Shown here in pieces: positions 1 to 11,418 of a DNA stretch of 64,000 bases. Below the pieces are notes generated by a model. That model was not told where the DNA came from, searched no databases, and was given only the letters and a program-made list of their open reading frames with translations. Position numbers and translations under genes: made by a program. Where the stretch lies: assembly GCA_950097015.1 (NCBI GenBank), contig CATNEN010000003.1, forward strand, positions 9,734,001-9,798,000, given 5' to 3'. The number at the start of each line of letters is the position of its first letter. Position 1 is the stretch's first letter. The DNA is from Macrostomum hystrix (lineage: Eukaryota > Animalia > Platyhelminthes).

Positions 1-3000
1 GCCATCTAGCCAATGAGGTTCTGGTGCTTAGCGCCCTGGGCCCGGCTGTGCCGCCGGCTGTTTGGCGTTGCCTAGCAACCACTAGTCGCCAATTAGCCGA
101 TAGGCTATTCGTTGCCCTGGAAGAGCGTCGGCATGTCCGACTGAGAGGCTTGATGGTGTCCAAGAATATTCAAGAGCCCGCAGTCTCGGAGGATGAAGAG
201 GACGGACTGGCTGGCGAAGGGAAAGTCGAAAAGACACGTAAATTTATTATTTTGTTTGTCGCTTGCTCTAAAGTTTCAGGGGGTATTTTTTAGTTTGAAG
301 TTTCGTGGGGTAGTTTTTAGTCATTCAGTTTCAAGGTTCAGAGGGTAGATTCAGTCTGAAGGTTCAGGGGGTAGTTTTAGTCATTCAGTTTGAAGGTTCA
401 GGGGGTAGTTTTAGTCATTCAGTCTGAAGGTTAAGGGGGTAGTTTTTAGTCATTCAGTCTGAAGGTTAAGGGGGTAGTTTTTAGTCATTCAGTCTGAAGG
501 TTCAGGGGGTAGTTTTTAGTCATTCAGTCTGAAGGTTCAGGGGGTAGTTTTTAGGCATTCAGTCTGAAGGTTCAGGGGGTAGTTTTTAGTCATTCAGTCT
601 GAAGGTTCAGGGGGTAGTTTTAGTCATTCAGTCTGAAGGTTCAGGGGGTAGTTTTAGTCATTCAGTCTGAAGGTTCAGGGGGTAGTTTTAGTCATTCAGT
701 CTGAAGGTTAAGGGGGTAGTTTTTAGTCATTCAGTCTGAAGGTTCAGGGGGTAGTTTTTAGTCATTCAGTCTGAAGGTTCAGGGGGGTAGTTTTTAGTCA
801 TTCAGTCTGAAGGTTCAGGGGGTAGTTTTTAGTCATTCAGTCTGAAGGTTCAGGGGGTAGTTTTTAGGCATTCAGTCTGAAGGTTCAGGGGGTAGTTTTT
901 AGTCATTCAGTCTGAAGGTTCAGGGGGTAGTTTTTAGGCATTCAGTCTGAAGGTTCAGGGGGTAGTTTTTAGTCATTCAGTCTGAAGGTTCAGGGGGTAG
1001 TTTTAGTCATTCAGTCTGAAGGTTCAGGGGGTAGTTTTAGTCATTCAGTCTGAAGGTTCAGAGGGTAGATTCAGTCTGAAGGTTCAGGGGGTAGTTTTTA
1101 TTGTCCGTCTATGGTATCTGTGGTTAGATTTTTAATACTCTGCAGTAATTTAAATTCTACTGAAGTTTTTTGGGTACATCTTGAAGTACATCTTGAGGCA
1201 AGTGGCAAAAAAGTATTAAATCATTGACCGGATTTCATACAGCAGTGAAGGCTGGAGCAGTTCAGCAGCCATGCTATGCCAGCCTAGAAGAGGACACGGC
1301 GGCTCTCCTAGCCAAATTGTGCCACCTTGGCCTAGACGAGCCAATGGAAGATCGACTATTGGGTCTGCGAGATTTGGCTCTGAAACAGACCATCAGTTCA
1401 GCAGCTAGTTCGTCTGCCAGCTGCGACTATGCCGGAGTTGAACGCTTGACAATGAGCGATTTGGCTAGCTCGCACGAGCAGCAGCAGCAGCAGCAGCAGC
1501 AGTTGATGCTGCCGCGTCATCTGTCTCTACTAGCCACGCCAGGTGTTGTCGGCTCGATCCTGTCATCAGCTGGTATGCCGACGAGCATTGCTCAGACTTT
1601 CTCGTCATCGTTGCCAACACCAGCATTGAGTATGAATGAGTCTGCTGCGGTATCATCTGTGGCACTATCTGGCTCGCCTTCGACTGTCGCAGCCGCGACA
1701 ATCGGTCCTGCGATGGTCGCTGTTGTCCTGCCGCCGGCTTCGGGTCGGTGCGCGCCATGTCGAGCCGACTTAGACGGCCTGCTGGCCAGACGGCGGGCTG
1801 ACTCCGCCGTGCTGACAGCCTCGACTATGTCCTGTGGGGGAGGAGATTCTTCCAGTTATTCAACGAACGGCTTCCCCGGCTGCGAACTTTGGACACCGAG
1901 AGGCGTACTGGTGAATCACATCGCCGAGCATCGCGGCCGGATCAACACTTTGTCAGTGTCCGCCGATCATCGCACATTCGCTACGGCGTCCGACGATGCC
2001 ACCGTAAAACTGTGGGACTTATCCGATTGTCACACTAATCCCGATCAGTGTATAAGCGGCAAATCTAAATTGACTTACTCAGATTTTCCGTCTCGAGTGC
2101 TGGCTGCGTACTGGCAGGTGAGATGCGATTTTGCTACTGTTAGCCAGGTGATGAAGAGTTGGGAGTGTACAGATTGAGGAGAGAATGGGAGCGTGTATAA
2201 GAGGAAGACAGGAGAATGCAGCGTAAAAAGGAAAGGAAGAGTGGAGTGGAGGGGAGATGAGAGAAAGGGGAGAACAGAGGGGAGAGGATAGAAAGGAGAG
2301 AATAGAGCGGAGAAAAGAGAAAGGAGAGAATAGAGGGGAGAGGAGACATAGGGGAGAACGGAGGGAAGAAAAGAGAAAGGGTAGAATAGAGGGGAGAGGT
2401 TAGAAAGGGGAGAATAGAGCGGAGAAAAGAGAAAGGAGAGAATAGCGGGGAGAGGAGAGATAAGGGAGAATAGAGGGGAGAGGTTAGAAAGGGGAGAATA
2501 GAGGGGAGAGGTTAGAAAGGGGAGAATAGAGCGGAGAAAAGAGAAAGGAGAGAATAGCGGGGAGAGGAGAGATAAGGGAGAATAGAGGGGAGAGGAGAGA
2601 AAGGGGAGAACAGAGGGGAGAACGGAGGGGAGAATAGAGGGGAGAGGATATAAAGGAGAGAATAGAGGGGAGAGGAGAGAAAGGAGTGAATAGAGCGGAG
2701 AGAAGAGGACGGGGAGAATAGGTTAATCTAAGAAAAGAGAAGATCTGATTTTTTGGCATGGAGAGCCAGTTAAAGCAGACTATTTGGCCCCACAGATGGG
2801 TCCGGAGCGCAGTGTGGTGGCCTGCACCGAGTCGGGTGCCTATCAGCTGTCGGCAGCCACTGGCCAAATGCGCTGGCGTTGGTCAGCTGCTCGGCCAACC
2901 AGCTACGATGCCGATCAGCTGGGGGCCGTCACCTGCCTGGCTGTTGTCCCAGATTCGCCCAATTGTTTCATGCTGGCCACGGCTAGAGGTGCCTTACTAA

Positions 3001-6000
3001 TTTGGGATGTTCGAGCGCAGGACTTTGTGTCTAGACTTGATACTGATCCTGGACTAGGCCTTGTCACCGCGTTGGAGGTCTGTTTATTTCAGTATTTTGT
3101 ACCCGTTTACGGTATCTGTGTGGCTTGTGTGCTATGGGCATCGCAAGCCTAACTTCTTCATCCATACAATGATCCATGGGATTTTCCATTTTTTAATTTG
3201 TGATTTTTTATTCCACATAGAATCCCGATATTTTGATATATCACAGTCTGCAGTTTCGGCTATTAATCCCTTAGAAAATCCCACACAGTCTCGATTCTTC
3301 AACCCAAAAACCTCATGATTTTAGGATTCAACAGTCTCTACTCTTTATCCCCAAAAATCCCATTATTTTAGGATTCAACAGTCTCCACTCTTTATCCCCA
3401 AAAATCCCATTAATTTAAGATTCAACAGTCTTTACTCTTTGTCCCAAAAAATCCCATTAATTTAGGATTCAATAGTCTCCACTCTTTATCCCCAAAAATC
3501 CCATTAATTTAAGATTCAACAGTCTCCACTCTTTGTCCCAAAAAATCCCATTAATTTAGGATTCAATAGTCTCTACTCTTTGTCCCAAAAAATCCCATGA
3601 TTTTAGTTTTAAACATTCTCGGTTCTTCCTCCCAAAAATCCCATGATTTTAGTTTTAAACAGTCTCGGTTCTTCATCCCAAAAATCCCATGGTTTTAGTT
3701 TTAAACAGTCTCGGTTCTTCATCCCAAAAATCCCATGATTTTAGTTTTAAACATTCTCGGTTCTTCATCCCAAAAATCCCATGATTTTAGTTTTAAACAT
3801 TCTCGGTTCTTCATCCCAAAAATCCTATGATTTTAGTTTTAAACATTCTCGGTTCTTCATCCCAAAAATCCCATGATTTTAGTTTTAAACAGTCTCGGTT
3901 CTTCCTCCCAAAAATCCCATGATTTTAGTTTTAAACAGTCTCGGTTCTTCATCCCAAAAATCCCATGATTTTAGTTTTAAACAGTCTCGGTTCTTCATCC
4001 CAAAAATCCCATGATTTTAGTTTTAAACAGTCTCGGTTCTTCCTCCCAAAAATCCCATGATTTTAGTTTTAAACAGTCTCGGTTCTTCATCCCAAAAATC
4101 CCATGATTTTAGTTTTAAACAGTCTCGGTTCTTCATCCCAAAAATCCCATGATTTTAGTTTTAAACAGTCTCGGTTCTTCATCCCAAAAATCCCATGATT
4201 TTAGTTTTAAACAGTCTCGGTTCTTCATCCTAAAAAATCCTGTGATTTTGGGATACGACAGTCTCGATTCTTCATCCCAAAAATCCCAAGATTTTAGTTT
4301 TAAACATTCTCGGTTCTTCCTCCCAAAAATCCCATGATTTTAGTTTTAAACATTCTCGGTTCTTCCTCCCAAAAATCCCATGATTTTAGTTTTAAACAGT
4401 CTCGGTTCTTCATCCCAAAAATCCCATGATTTTAGTTTTAAACAGTCTCGGTTCTTCATCCCAAAAATCCCATGATTTTAGTTTTAAACAGTCTCGGTTC
4501 TTCATCCCAAAAATCCCATGATTTTAGTTTTAAACAGTCTCGGTTCTTCATCCCAAAAATCCCATGATTTTAGTTTTAAACAGTCTCGGTTCTTCATCCC
4601 AAAAATCCCACGATTTTAGTTTTAAACAGTCTCGGTTCTTCATCCTAAAAAATCCTGTGATTTTGGGATTCGACAGTCTCGATTCTTCATCCCAAAAATC
4701 CCAAGATTTTGATTCTTCGGCCTCGATTCTTCGTCTTTATGTATCTTATAATTTGGGGATTTTGCAGTCTCGATTCCTCATCTCAAACAATCCCATGATT
4801 TTTGGGATTTCACCGTCTTGATACTTCATCCTTATAAATCCTCTCCTCCTTATAAATCCTCTCATCCTTATAAATCCTATATTCACTCATCCAGGTGCAC
4901 TCGTTGACCTCCTGGTTGGCAGCCGGCACTTCGCGCGGAGTTGTAGACATCTGGGATTGCCGATTCCAGCTGCCACTGGTGCAGCTGAGGCATCCGACCG
5001 GCCTGCGGGTCCTGCGACTTCGGACCCTGCCGTACGGTCAGCAGCAGGCTAGCACGGCTATGCTGGCACATCCGCATCGACTGCTGGTTAGCGTGCAGGG
5101 CAATAACGAAATTGGCGACTGGGACTTGCGATCCAGCGAACGGGTCCGATGCGCCTGGGCTTCGGTGGCGCCTGTGCTCAGCACCAGCCAGACAACACCA
5201 AGAGGCTGTCACGCTGTTCTGCCTGTAAGTGGCTTCTTTTTTTTAATCAGGGTGTCGCAAATTATAGCTTGGTTGGTTTAAACGAAACTTTTTTACAAGT
5301 CTTAATGTACCACTTTGAGTAAATTATAGTTAAATTGACTTCAGAAAGAGCTCTTTTTAATAATTTAACCCCTACTGGGTCTTTGATGCACTCCAGTTTG
5401 CATTTGATGCGGTCCAGTTTGCATTTGATGCGGTCCAGTTTGCATTTGATGCGATACAGTTTGCATTTGATGCGGTCCAGTTTGCATTTGATGCGGTCCA
5501 GTTTGCTTTTGATGCGGTCCAGTTTGCTTTTGATGCGGTCCAGTTTGCATTTGATGCGGTCCAGTTTGCTTTTGATGCGGTCCAGTTTGCTTTTGATGCG
5601 GTCCAGTTTGCATTTGATGCGGTCCAGTTTGCATTTGATGCGGTCCAGTTTGTATTTGATGCGGTCCAGTTTGTGTTTGATGCTGTCAAGTCTGTGTTTG
5701 ATGCGGTTAAGTCTGTGTTTGTTGCGGTCCAGTTTGTGTTTGATGCGGTCAAGTCTGTGTTTGATGCGGTCCAGCTTTTGTTTTATGTGTTCGAATTGTT
5801 TAAACACCGCAGGTCGGTCCCGATCGTTGGTTTGCCGGCAGTGACGACTGCCGCCTACGCCTGTGGGACTGGGCCCGCCCAGCTGAGAGTCGCATTGTGG
5901 CTGGAAAATTCTCCGACGCTGTCAATAGGCGGGTTGCCTATCGCAGGGAGGCTCGCGAAGCTCTGACTGCGAATTCGCACACCGACGTCTTATTTGAAGC

Positions 6001-6223
6001 CTACCTGTCGACGGCTACTGCCAGCGGCGCCGCTTCGTCAGCCGCCGTCAACGCCAACGCCGCTGCAGCTTCGGCACCGCCGGCCGGATCGCTGTTGAAC
6101 GCCCAGCAGCGTGCCAGCACGATGGGCTTCCGCGATGCTGTCACGGACATCGCCCTGTTGAATGCCGGCCAGCCCTATTTGTTGACAGCTACGCGTGACG
6201 GTGTTATCAAATATTGGAAGTGA
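1..6223 (+). CDS. PIK3R4: Phosphoinositide 3-kinase regulatory subunit 4 (VPS15), 3' part (linker + WD40 propeller); 5' end outside window
   Basis: Phase-consistent exons <1-237, 1243-2117, 2796-3077, 4895-5224, 5813-6223 (TGA). Translation has W-x-P-R-G-V-L-V-N-H-I-A-E-H-R-G-R-I-N...TFATASDDATVKLWD, further WD repeats and the terminal DAVTDIALL...LLTATRDGVIKYWK*, matching the VPS15 C-terminal WD40 region. Confidence 0.9.
290..1100. repeat. Intronic minisatellite, 34-35 bp unit (agtcattcagtctgaaggttcagggggtagttttt)
   Basis: About 23 direct tandem copies inside the PIK3R4 intron 238-1242. Confidence 0.95.
2175..2720. repeat. Polypurine (GA-rich) degenerate tandem tract
   Basis: ggggagaatagaggggagagg-type motifs; almost only G/A on the + strand; PIK3R4 intron. 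Confidence 0.9.
3315..4710. repeat. Intronic minisatellite, 46-47 bp unit (ttttagttttaaacagtctcggttcttcatcccaaaaatcccatga)
   Basis: About 30 tandem copies; a diverged 47-bp variant block occupies 3315-3600. Confidence 0.95.
5390..5775. repeat. Intronic minisatellite, 21 bp unit (tttgatgcggtccagtttgca)
   Basis: About 18 tandem copies; explains the spurious periodic ORFs here. Confidence 0.95.
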
Positions 6224-7228
6224 CGTAAATTGACGCGTATTTTTCTTTTCTGACTACTTTGTTATTGCGTTAGTAGGCAGGTAGCGAATATTTACGCCTA
6301 ATTTGTTTTTAAGTTTCTTTTTGTTAATAATAAGATGATTAATCGAAACGAAATAAAATAGTTTTTAGATTATTTCGCATCACTACAAATACCTTTCTGT
6401 CTTTACTGACTACAGATTTTTTATCAAATACTAATGTTTTAATTGTATTGTGAGTTGTTATGTCTTAATTAAATAGTGCATAAATGCGTACAGCAGAGTT
6501 GCTTTTGTCTTTCCCTAAAATATTAAATTATTATAAATGTGCTAGCTGTTACTTTTTTACTCAACGTCTGGTGTACAGCAATGTTGCAAAATTAAGTATG
6601 TTGTTTCTATGGGTTTGGTGAGAATACAGTTCAATGTAAAACGCCTCAATTAAGATTCTTTTTAAGCAGAAAATTCATGATGTGCTGCTTATATATCTGC
6701 CTAAATTCCATTCCAATATGTTAAAGTTTAATTTATTACCTGCCTCAATACAGAAAATACAATCGCTAATTGCTACTTTTTTACATTACTATCAGTAGTG
6801 GGGGTTGGATAAGCTTTTCTGATTTCTGTCAATCCTTATTAGGATAATGATTTACTAATTAAGAAGGACCTGTTTTACTGATCTGAATGATTGAAAATTT
6901 GTTTGTTAAATACACATTTTATACAGATTCAAATTATATTTCTAATGAACTATATATAAAATCATGTTCAGTAAAAGCTTGAAGATTTTCCATAAGTCGA
7001 ATTTCTGCTTATTTATACTTTCTATCCTGAATTGCTCTGCTTTTGTAGTTTTAGTTACGTGTTGTATCATTAAATTGTGATTATATTCTATCTTTGTAAA
7101 TCGATCGACAGTTTTAATTTTATTGAAATGTGGAACTGCAACTGCAAATATTAAAGTAAAGTTAATTTTATGACAATTAACAGCAATAAAAATTGCTTCT
7201 AGAGTTGTTAAGCTCGACTGAAAAATAC

Positions 7229-7549
7229 TGTGAAATTATGGGTTCTGAGACGAGTAAGTTAGGAGTAGAAAGCAAGCACGCATTCACTAGCGTCCGCGCA
7301 GTCATATTTATTGTACTAGTACGACTCAATGGCTGACTCAGCATTGTTAGGAGATTAGGGGTGGTTGCTACAGCGCCTTGCATCAGTGAGAGAAAGTAAG
7401 CATTGGAAATCTAAAAAAACAGCACAGTGGGGTGACATGGGTGCACGTGAACTATAGCCATGCAGATAGCAAATAGCGAGTATTGAAATGACAATAACTA
7501 GCTGTTATAGAGTGGCGCGCAAATAGTACTTTTGCTAAGCTATCCGACA
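7229..7549 (-). repeat. 3' LTR
   Basis: Direct repeat of 10940-11260; adjacent to the PPT (tctcccccctaagg on +). Confidence 0.97.
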
Positions 7550-7819
7550 TCTCCCCCCTAAGGTTCTAAGCATCCCCAAAGTTCGTTATGCAATCAGAGT
7601 CAGAGTCAAGTCAATCATCAAAGCTGCAGACGTTCAGGCGGCTGCCTCCGACGCTGAGGGTAGCGCCTGGTCGGGCTGGCCGGCCTGTCAGCGGCTTCGG
7701 CGACCGCGGCATCCGGCGGCGCGTCGTTGCTGCCGTTGCCTCCGCTTGGCTCGGTGGGCGGCAGCGGCGGCTCATCGGCGATTCTGGCCGGTGGCTCCAG
7801 GGTAGCATCCGGCAGCGAG

Positions 7820-10800
7820 CTACAGCAACTGGTCAGTGTGCCGCCGATAGAGGGCGCCGCCGACCTCGACGTCGCAGTTGCGGGACCCGGCGGACACGAC
7901 GGTGCCCTCGGCCCAGCGGGTTCCGCCGCCAGTCCTTGCGTTGAAGCTGAAGTCGCGCAGTAGAATTCGGTCGCCGGCTTGGAACTCGCGCGCCTGCGGC
8001 TGTTGCTCTACCTGGCGTTCGTGGCGCCGCTGCATGTTGCTCAGCAGCGATGGCATCAGCAGGTCGAGCCGATTGCGCAGTTTGCGGCCGATGAGCAGCT
8101 GGCTGGGAGCGTCGCCGGTGATTGAGTGCGGCGTGTTGCGGTATGACATCAGCATCTGCTGCAGTGCTGCCGTCGAGTGCCCGCTCTTGAGGAGGTGTCG
8201 CTTGAGCACCTGCACGAATCTCTCCGCCTGGCCGTTCGTAGCAGGGTGGAGCGGCGCGGAGAAGATATGGCGGATTACGTTGCGCCTGGTGAACTCCGTG
8301 AACTCCGCAGAGGCGAACTGCGCACCGTTGTCAGAGACCAGCACTCGGGGGATGCCCAGTCTGGCAAAGACCTCGCGGAGCCGGTCGATCGTGGCCGCAG
8401 ACGTCGTGTTGTGCACTTGGAAAACTTCCGGCCACTTGCTGAAGGCGTCTACGATCACCAGGTAGGTGCGGCCGTTAACCGGACCGGCGAAGTCCAGATG
8501 TAGCCGCGCCCACGGCTCTGACGGAAACGGCCACGGTTGCACCGGCGCCTTGGGTGGGTCAGCCTGGTTGAGGGCGCAGATCCGGCAGGACTTGACGGCC
8601 GCCTCCAGCTGCTTTTCCAATCCTGGCCACCAGACATAGCTGCGGGCCAGAGCTCGCATGCGGTTGATGCCTGGGTGCGCTTGGTGCAGCTCATCCACCA
8701 CGCCTTGTCGCAGGGCCGTCGGCACGACGACGCGAGATCCCCACAGCACGCAGCCTTGCTCCACACTCAGCTCGTCTCGGCGCCTTACGAAGTCGACTAG
8801 CTCAGCGGCAGCCATTGGAGCGCCCGTCTGTAGGCATCGAAGCACCCGGCCTAGGAGGGCGTCCGAGCGAGTGTGCCGGGCCACCGCCTGAGCCGTGATG
8901 GCGGATCCAGTCTCCTCGTCCAGCAGCAGAGCGTTGACGGCTGGCTCCTCTTCGAACTGCCTGGCCAGCGGCAAGCGGGACAGCGAGTCGCAGTTGCCGT
9001 GCTTGCTGGTGGGCCTGAACTCCAGCGAGTAGTCATAGCTGGCTAGGCGAATCGCCCAGCGCTGCATGCGCGCCGCCGCGTGCTCCGGAATGCCCTTGTG
9101 CTCGCCGAGGAGACCCAGGAGCGGTCGTTGAAGGACCTTGATCAGGTTCTGGTGATGCTGCTGCAGCGTCTTGCCCGTCACCAGAATGTCATCGACAAAG
9201 ACCTGCACAGACTCCAGATCGCCGAGCAGAGAATCCAGCGTGCGCTGAAACACGGCGCTGGCGCAGTTGATTCCGAACGGCATTCGGTTCAGTTGGTATA
9301 GACCGCGCTGCGTGTTGATGGTCAAGTAGGGCTTGCTGTCCTCGGACAATGGCAGCTGCAGGAACGCGTTTGACATGTCTAGTTTCGACCACTTGCAGCC
9401 GCCGCCCAGCTTGGCGAACATATCCTCGATGCGGGGCAGCGGGTACAGCTCCGGCCTGGCCTCAGCGATGTAGGTCAGCTTGTAGTCGCCGCAGATCCTG
9501 ACAGCACCATTCTTCTTAACGACCGGCACGATTGGCGCCGCCCAGTCGGAATATTTAACAGGCGTGATGATACCTTCAGCCTCCATCCGCCGAAGCTCCT
9601 GGTCCACACGGTCCCTGAGCGCGTAGGGAACTGGTCGTGCCTTGAAGAAGCGCGGCTTGGCTTCCGCCGGCATGTGCAGCTTCACTTCGCCATGCCGATA
9701 TGTGCCCAGGCCGCCTTGAAATACGTCGTGAAACTGAGCCTGCACATCGTCTGCCTCTCCAGCCACCGCGTTGACCTGCCCGAAGATCTTCGGCCAGTCG
9801 AGTCTCAGCTGCGTCAGCCAGTCCCGGCCCAGCAGCGCGACGTCACCTTGATCGACCACCAGCAGCGTTAGCCGCCGATGCTGGCCATTGTGCTGAACGG
9901 CGACATCCGCCTGTCCGACGGGCTTGAAGCTCTCGCCGGTGTAGGTCCGTAGCACCGTAGAAGTCGGCGATAGTCTTAGACCTGGCAGGACCTCTCGCTG
10001 AATGCCCTTCGGGATGACGGTCAGGGCGGATCCAGTGTCCACTTCGAAGCGACATGGCTTACCCTGCACCAGCAGCTCGACGTCTAATCCCTTGCTAGAT
10101 CCGCACTGCCGAACGCTGAAAAGGGGCTCCTGCAGCTCGGCCGGTTCCGGATCCACCTTGTGCAGCTTGGATGATTTGCACACTTTGCGGATGTGGCCGA
10201 TTTTGCCGCAGTCGTGGCACTTTGCCTCGCGCAGCTTGCACTGCTGTCGACTGTGAGCACCGCCGCAGCTCGCGCACGGGCCCGCGGCCGCAGCAGGCCG
10301 CGTTGCGCCAGCTGGAGCTCCAGCTGACTGGCGAGGGGCCTGCTTATTGGTCTCCTTGAATGCTGGAGGTATCTTTTGGAAACGCAGGTGGGCAACCGTT
10401 TCCGCTCGGTGCGCCATCTCCGATGAGGATCTCTCCGCTGCCTCTAGTGCGTCGAGTCTGGCGAGCAGCGTCTTGAAGTCAGGCTTTTCGATCTCCAGCA
10501 GCTTAGCGCGGTGCGTATCGCTGCGGAGACCGAATACCAACTGGTCGCGCAGTCTTTCGTCCAGAGTGGTCCCGAATTCGCAGCGCTCTGATGCCGCTTT
10601 CAGGCCAGCGATGAAGTCAGCGAGGCTCTCACCGGGCTTCTGCACGCGCTGTTGAAATCTAAATCTGGCGGAGAGCATTGACGTCTTGGGCGCATAATAC
10701 GCCTTTAGGGTATCAGCTAGCTCAGTGTAGGACTTGGAGATCGCTGGTTCCGGCAGGCATAGATTCCGTAGAACCTTGTAGGCATCCTCTCCGATAGCGG

Positions 10801-10927
10801 TTACCAGCGTGGCGACCTTTGCCTCGTCTCGGACTTCTTTGCAGATGAAATACTGTTCGAGCCTCTCTAAGTAGATATCAATGTCAGAGTTAGCAGAGAG
10901 TTCTGGAATTCTTCCAGTTGTAGCCAT
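7820..10927 (-). CDS. Gag-Pol polyprotein (Gag, 2 CCHC knuckles, aspartic protease, partial RT, RNase H remnant, integrase)
   Basis: CASCGGAHSRQQC and CHDCGKIGHIRKVC knuckles; protease VDTGS; RT motifs WAAPIVPV, LDMSNAF, MPFG, FVDD; integrase HHCC (HQAH...CRIC) and DDE (LDFAG, SDNG, ERFV). First ATG at 10927. Confidence 0.93.
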   Translation of the reverse strand: MATTGRIPELSANSDIDIYLERLEQYFICKEVRDEAKVATLVTAIGEDAYKVLRNLCLPEPAISKSYTELADTLKAYYAPKTSMLSARFRFQQRVQKPGESLADFIAGLKAASERCEFGTTLDERLRDQLVFGLRSDTHRAKLLEIEKPDFKTLLARLDALEAAERSSSEMAHRAETVAHLRFQKIPPAFKETNKQAPRQSAGAPAGATRPAAAAGPCASCGGAHSRQQCKLREAKCHDCGKIGHIRKVCKSSKLHKVDPEPAELQEPLFSVRQCGSSKGLDVELLVQGKPCRFEVDTGSALTVIPKGIQREVLPGLRLSPTSTVLRTYTGESFKPVGQADVAVQHNGQHRRLTLLVVDQGDVALLGRDWLTQLRLDWPKIFGQVNAVAGEADDVQAQFHDVFQGGLGTYRHGEVKLHMPAEAKPRFFKARPVPYALRDRVDQELRRMEAEGIITPVKYSDWAAPIVPVVKKNGAVRICGDYKLTYIAEARPELYPLPRIEDMFAKLGGGCKWSKLDMSNAFLQLPLSEDSKPYLTINTQRGLYQLNRMPFGINCASAVFQRTLDSLLGDLESVQVFVDDILVTGKTLQQHHQNLIKVLQRPLLGLLGEHKGIPEHAAARMQRWAIRLASYDYSLEFRPTSKHGNCDSLSRLPLARQFEEEPAVNALLLDEETGSAITAQAVARHTRSDALLGRVLRCLQTGAPMAAAELVDFVRRRDELSVEQGCVLWGSRVVVPTALRQGVVDELHQAHPGINRMRALARSYVWWPGLEKQLEAAVKSCRICALNQADPPKAPVQPWPFPSEPWARLHLDFAGPVNGRTYLVIVDAFSKWPEVFQVHNTTSAATIDRLREVFARLGIPRVLVSDNGAQFASAEFTEFTRRNVIRHIFSAPLHPATNGQAERFVQVLKRHLLKSGHSTAALQQMLMSYRNTPHSITGDAPSQLLIGRKLRNRLDLLMPSLLSNMQRRHERQVEQQPQAREFQAGDRILLRDFSFNARTGGGTRWAEGTVVSAGSRNCDVEVGGALYRRHTDQLL

Positions 10928-10938
10928 CCTCGTCGCCA
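10924..10938 (-). promoter_or_regulatory. Primer binding site complementary to the tRNA-Ser(GCU) 3' end
   Basis: The + strand reads CCATCCTCGTCGCCA, equal to the recalled 3' end (with CCA) of metazoan tRNA-Ser(GCU); 1 nt from the 5' LTR. Confidence 0.8.
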
Positions 10939-10939
10939 A

Positions 10940-11260
10940 TGTGAAATTATGGGTTCTGAGACGAGTAAGTTAGGAGTAGAAAACAAGCACGCATTCACTA
11001 GCGTCCGCGCAGTCATATTTATTGTACTAGTACGACTCAATGGCTGACTCAGCATTGTTAGGAGATTAGGGGTGGGTGCTACAGCGCCTTGCATCAGTGA
11101 GAGAAAGTAAGCATTGGAAATCTAAAAAAACAGCACAGTGGGGTGACATGGGTGCACGTGAACTATAGCCATGCAGATAGCAAATAGCGAGTATTGAAAT
11201 GACAATAACTAGCTGTTATAGAGTGGCGCGCAAATAGTACTTTTGCTAAGCTATCCGACA
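10940..11260 (-). repeat. 5' LTR
   Basis: Direct repeat of 7229-7549; followed on the - strand by PBS TGGCGACGAGGATGG. Confidence 0.97.
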
Positions 11261-11418
11261 AATACAGTCTTTGCATACGATAAAATTCTTCTGAAATTAA
11301 CACAGCCATTTAACAGCGACTGAGTGAATACACACAATGTATTTGTTTAATTGAACCATATCTTAGAAAATTGCGCTGGTTTAAAAAGTTAGATAAGTCA
11401 GTGATCGATGAGGCACCC

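Larger units (their letters stand above)
7229..11260 (-). mobile_element. Ty3/gypsy (Mag-like) LTR retrotransposon, internally deleted, recent insertion
   Basis: TG...CA LTRs at 7229-7549 and 10940-11260 (321 bp each, 2 substitutions seen); 5-bp TSD AATAC at 7224-7228 and 11261-11265; PBS at 10924-10938; polypurine tract at 7550-7563; gag-pol ORF in gypsy domain order. Confidence 0.97.

Noticed and set aside
67-79. Perfect X-box-like palindrome GTTGCCTAGCAAC
   Set aside because: Lies inside a PIK3R4 coding exon, far from any apparent promoter.
5262-5844. Periodic ORFs (KLDRIKC, MRSSLHL, QTGPHQM repeats)
   Set aside because: Translations of the 21-bp intronic minisatellite; open in several frames only because the unit is a multiple of 3.
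7878-10655. Multiple plus-strand ORFs over the retrotransposon
   Set aside because: Antisense shadows of the GC-rich gag-pol frame; no recognisable motifs.
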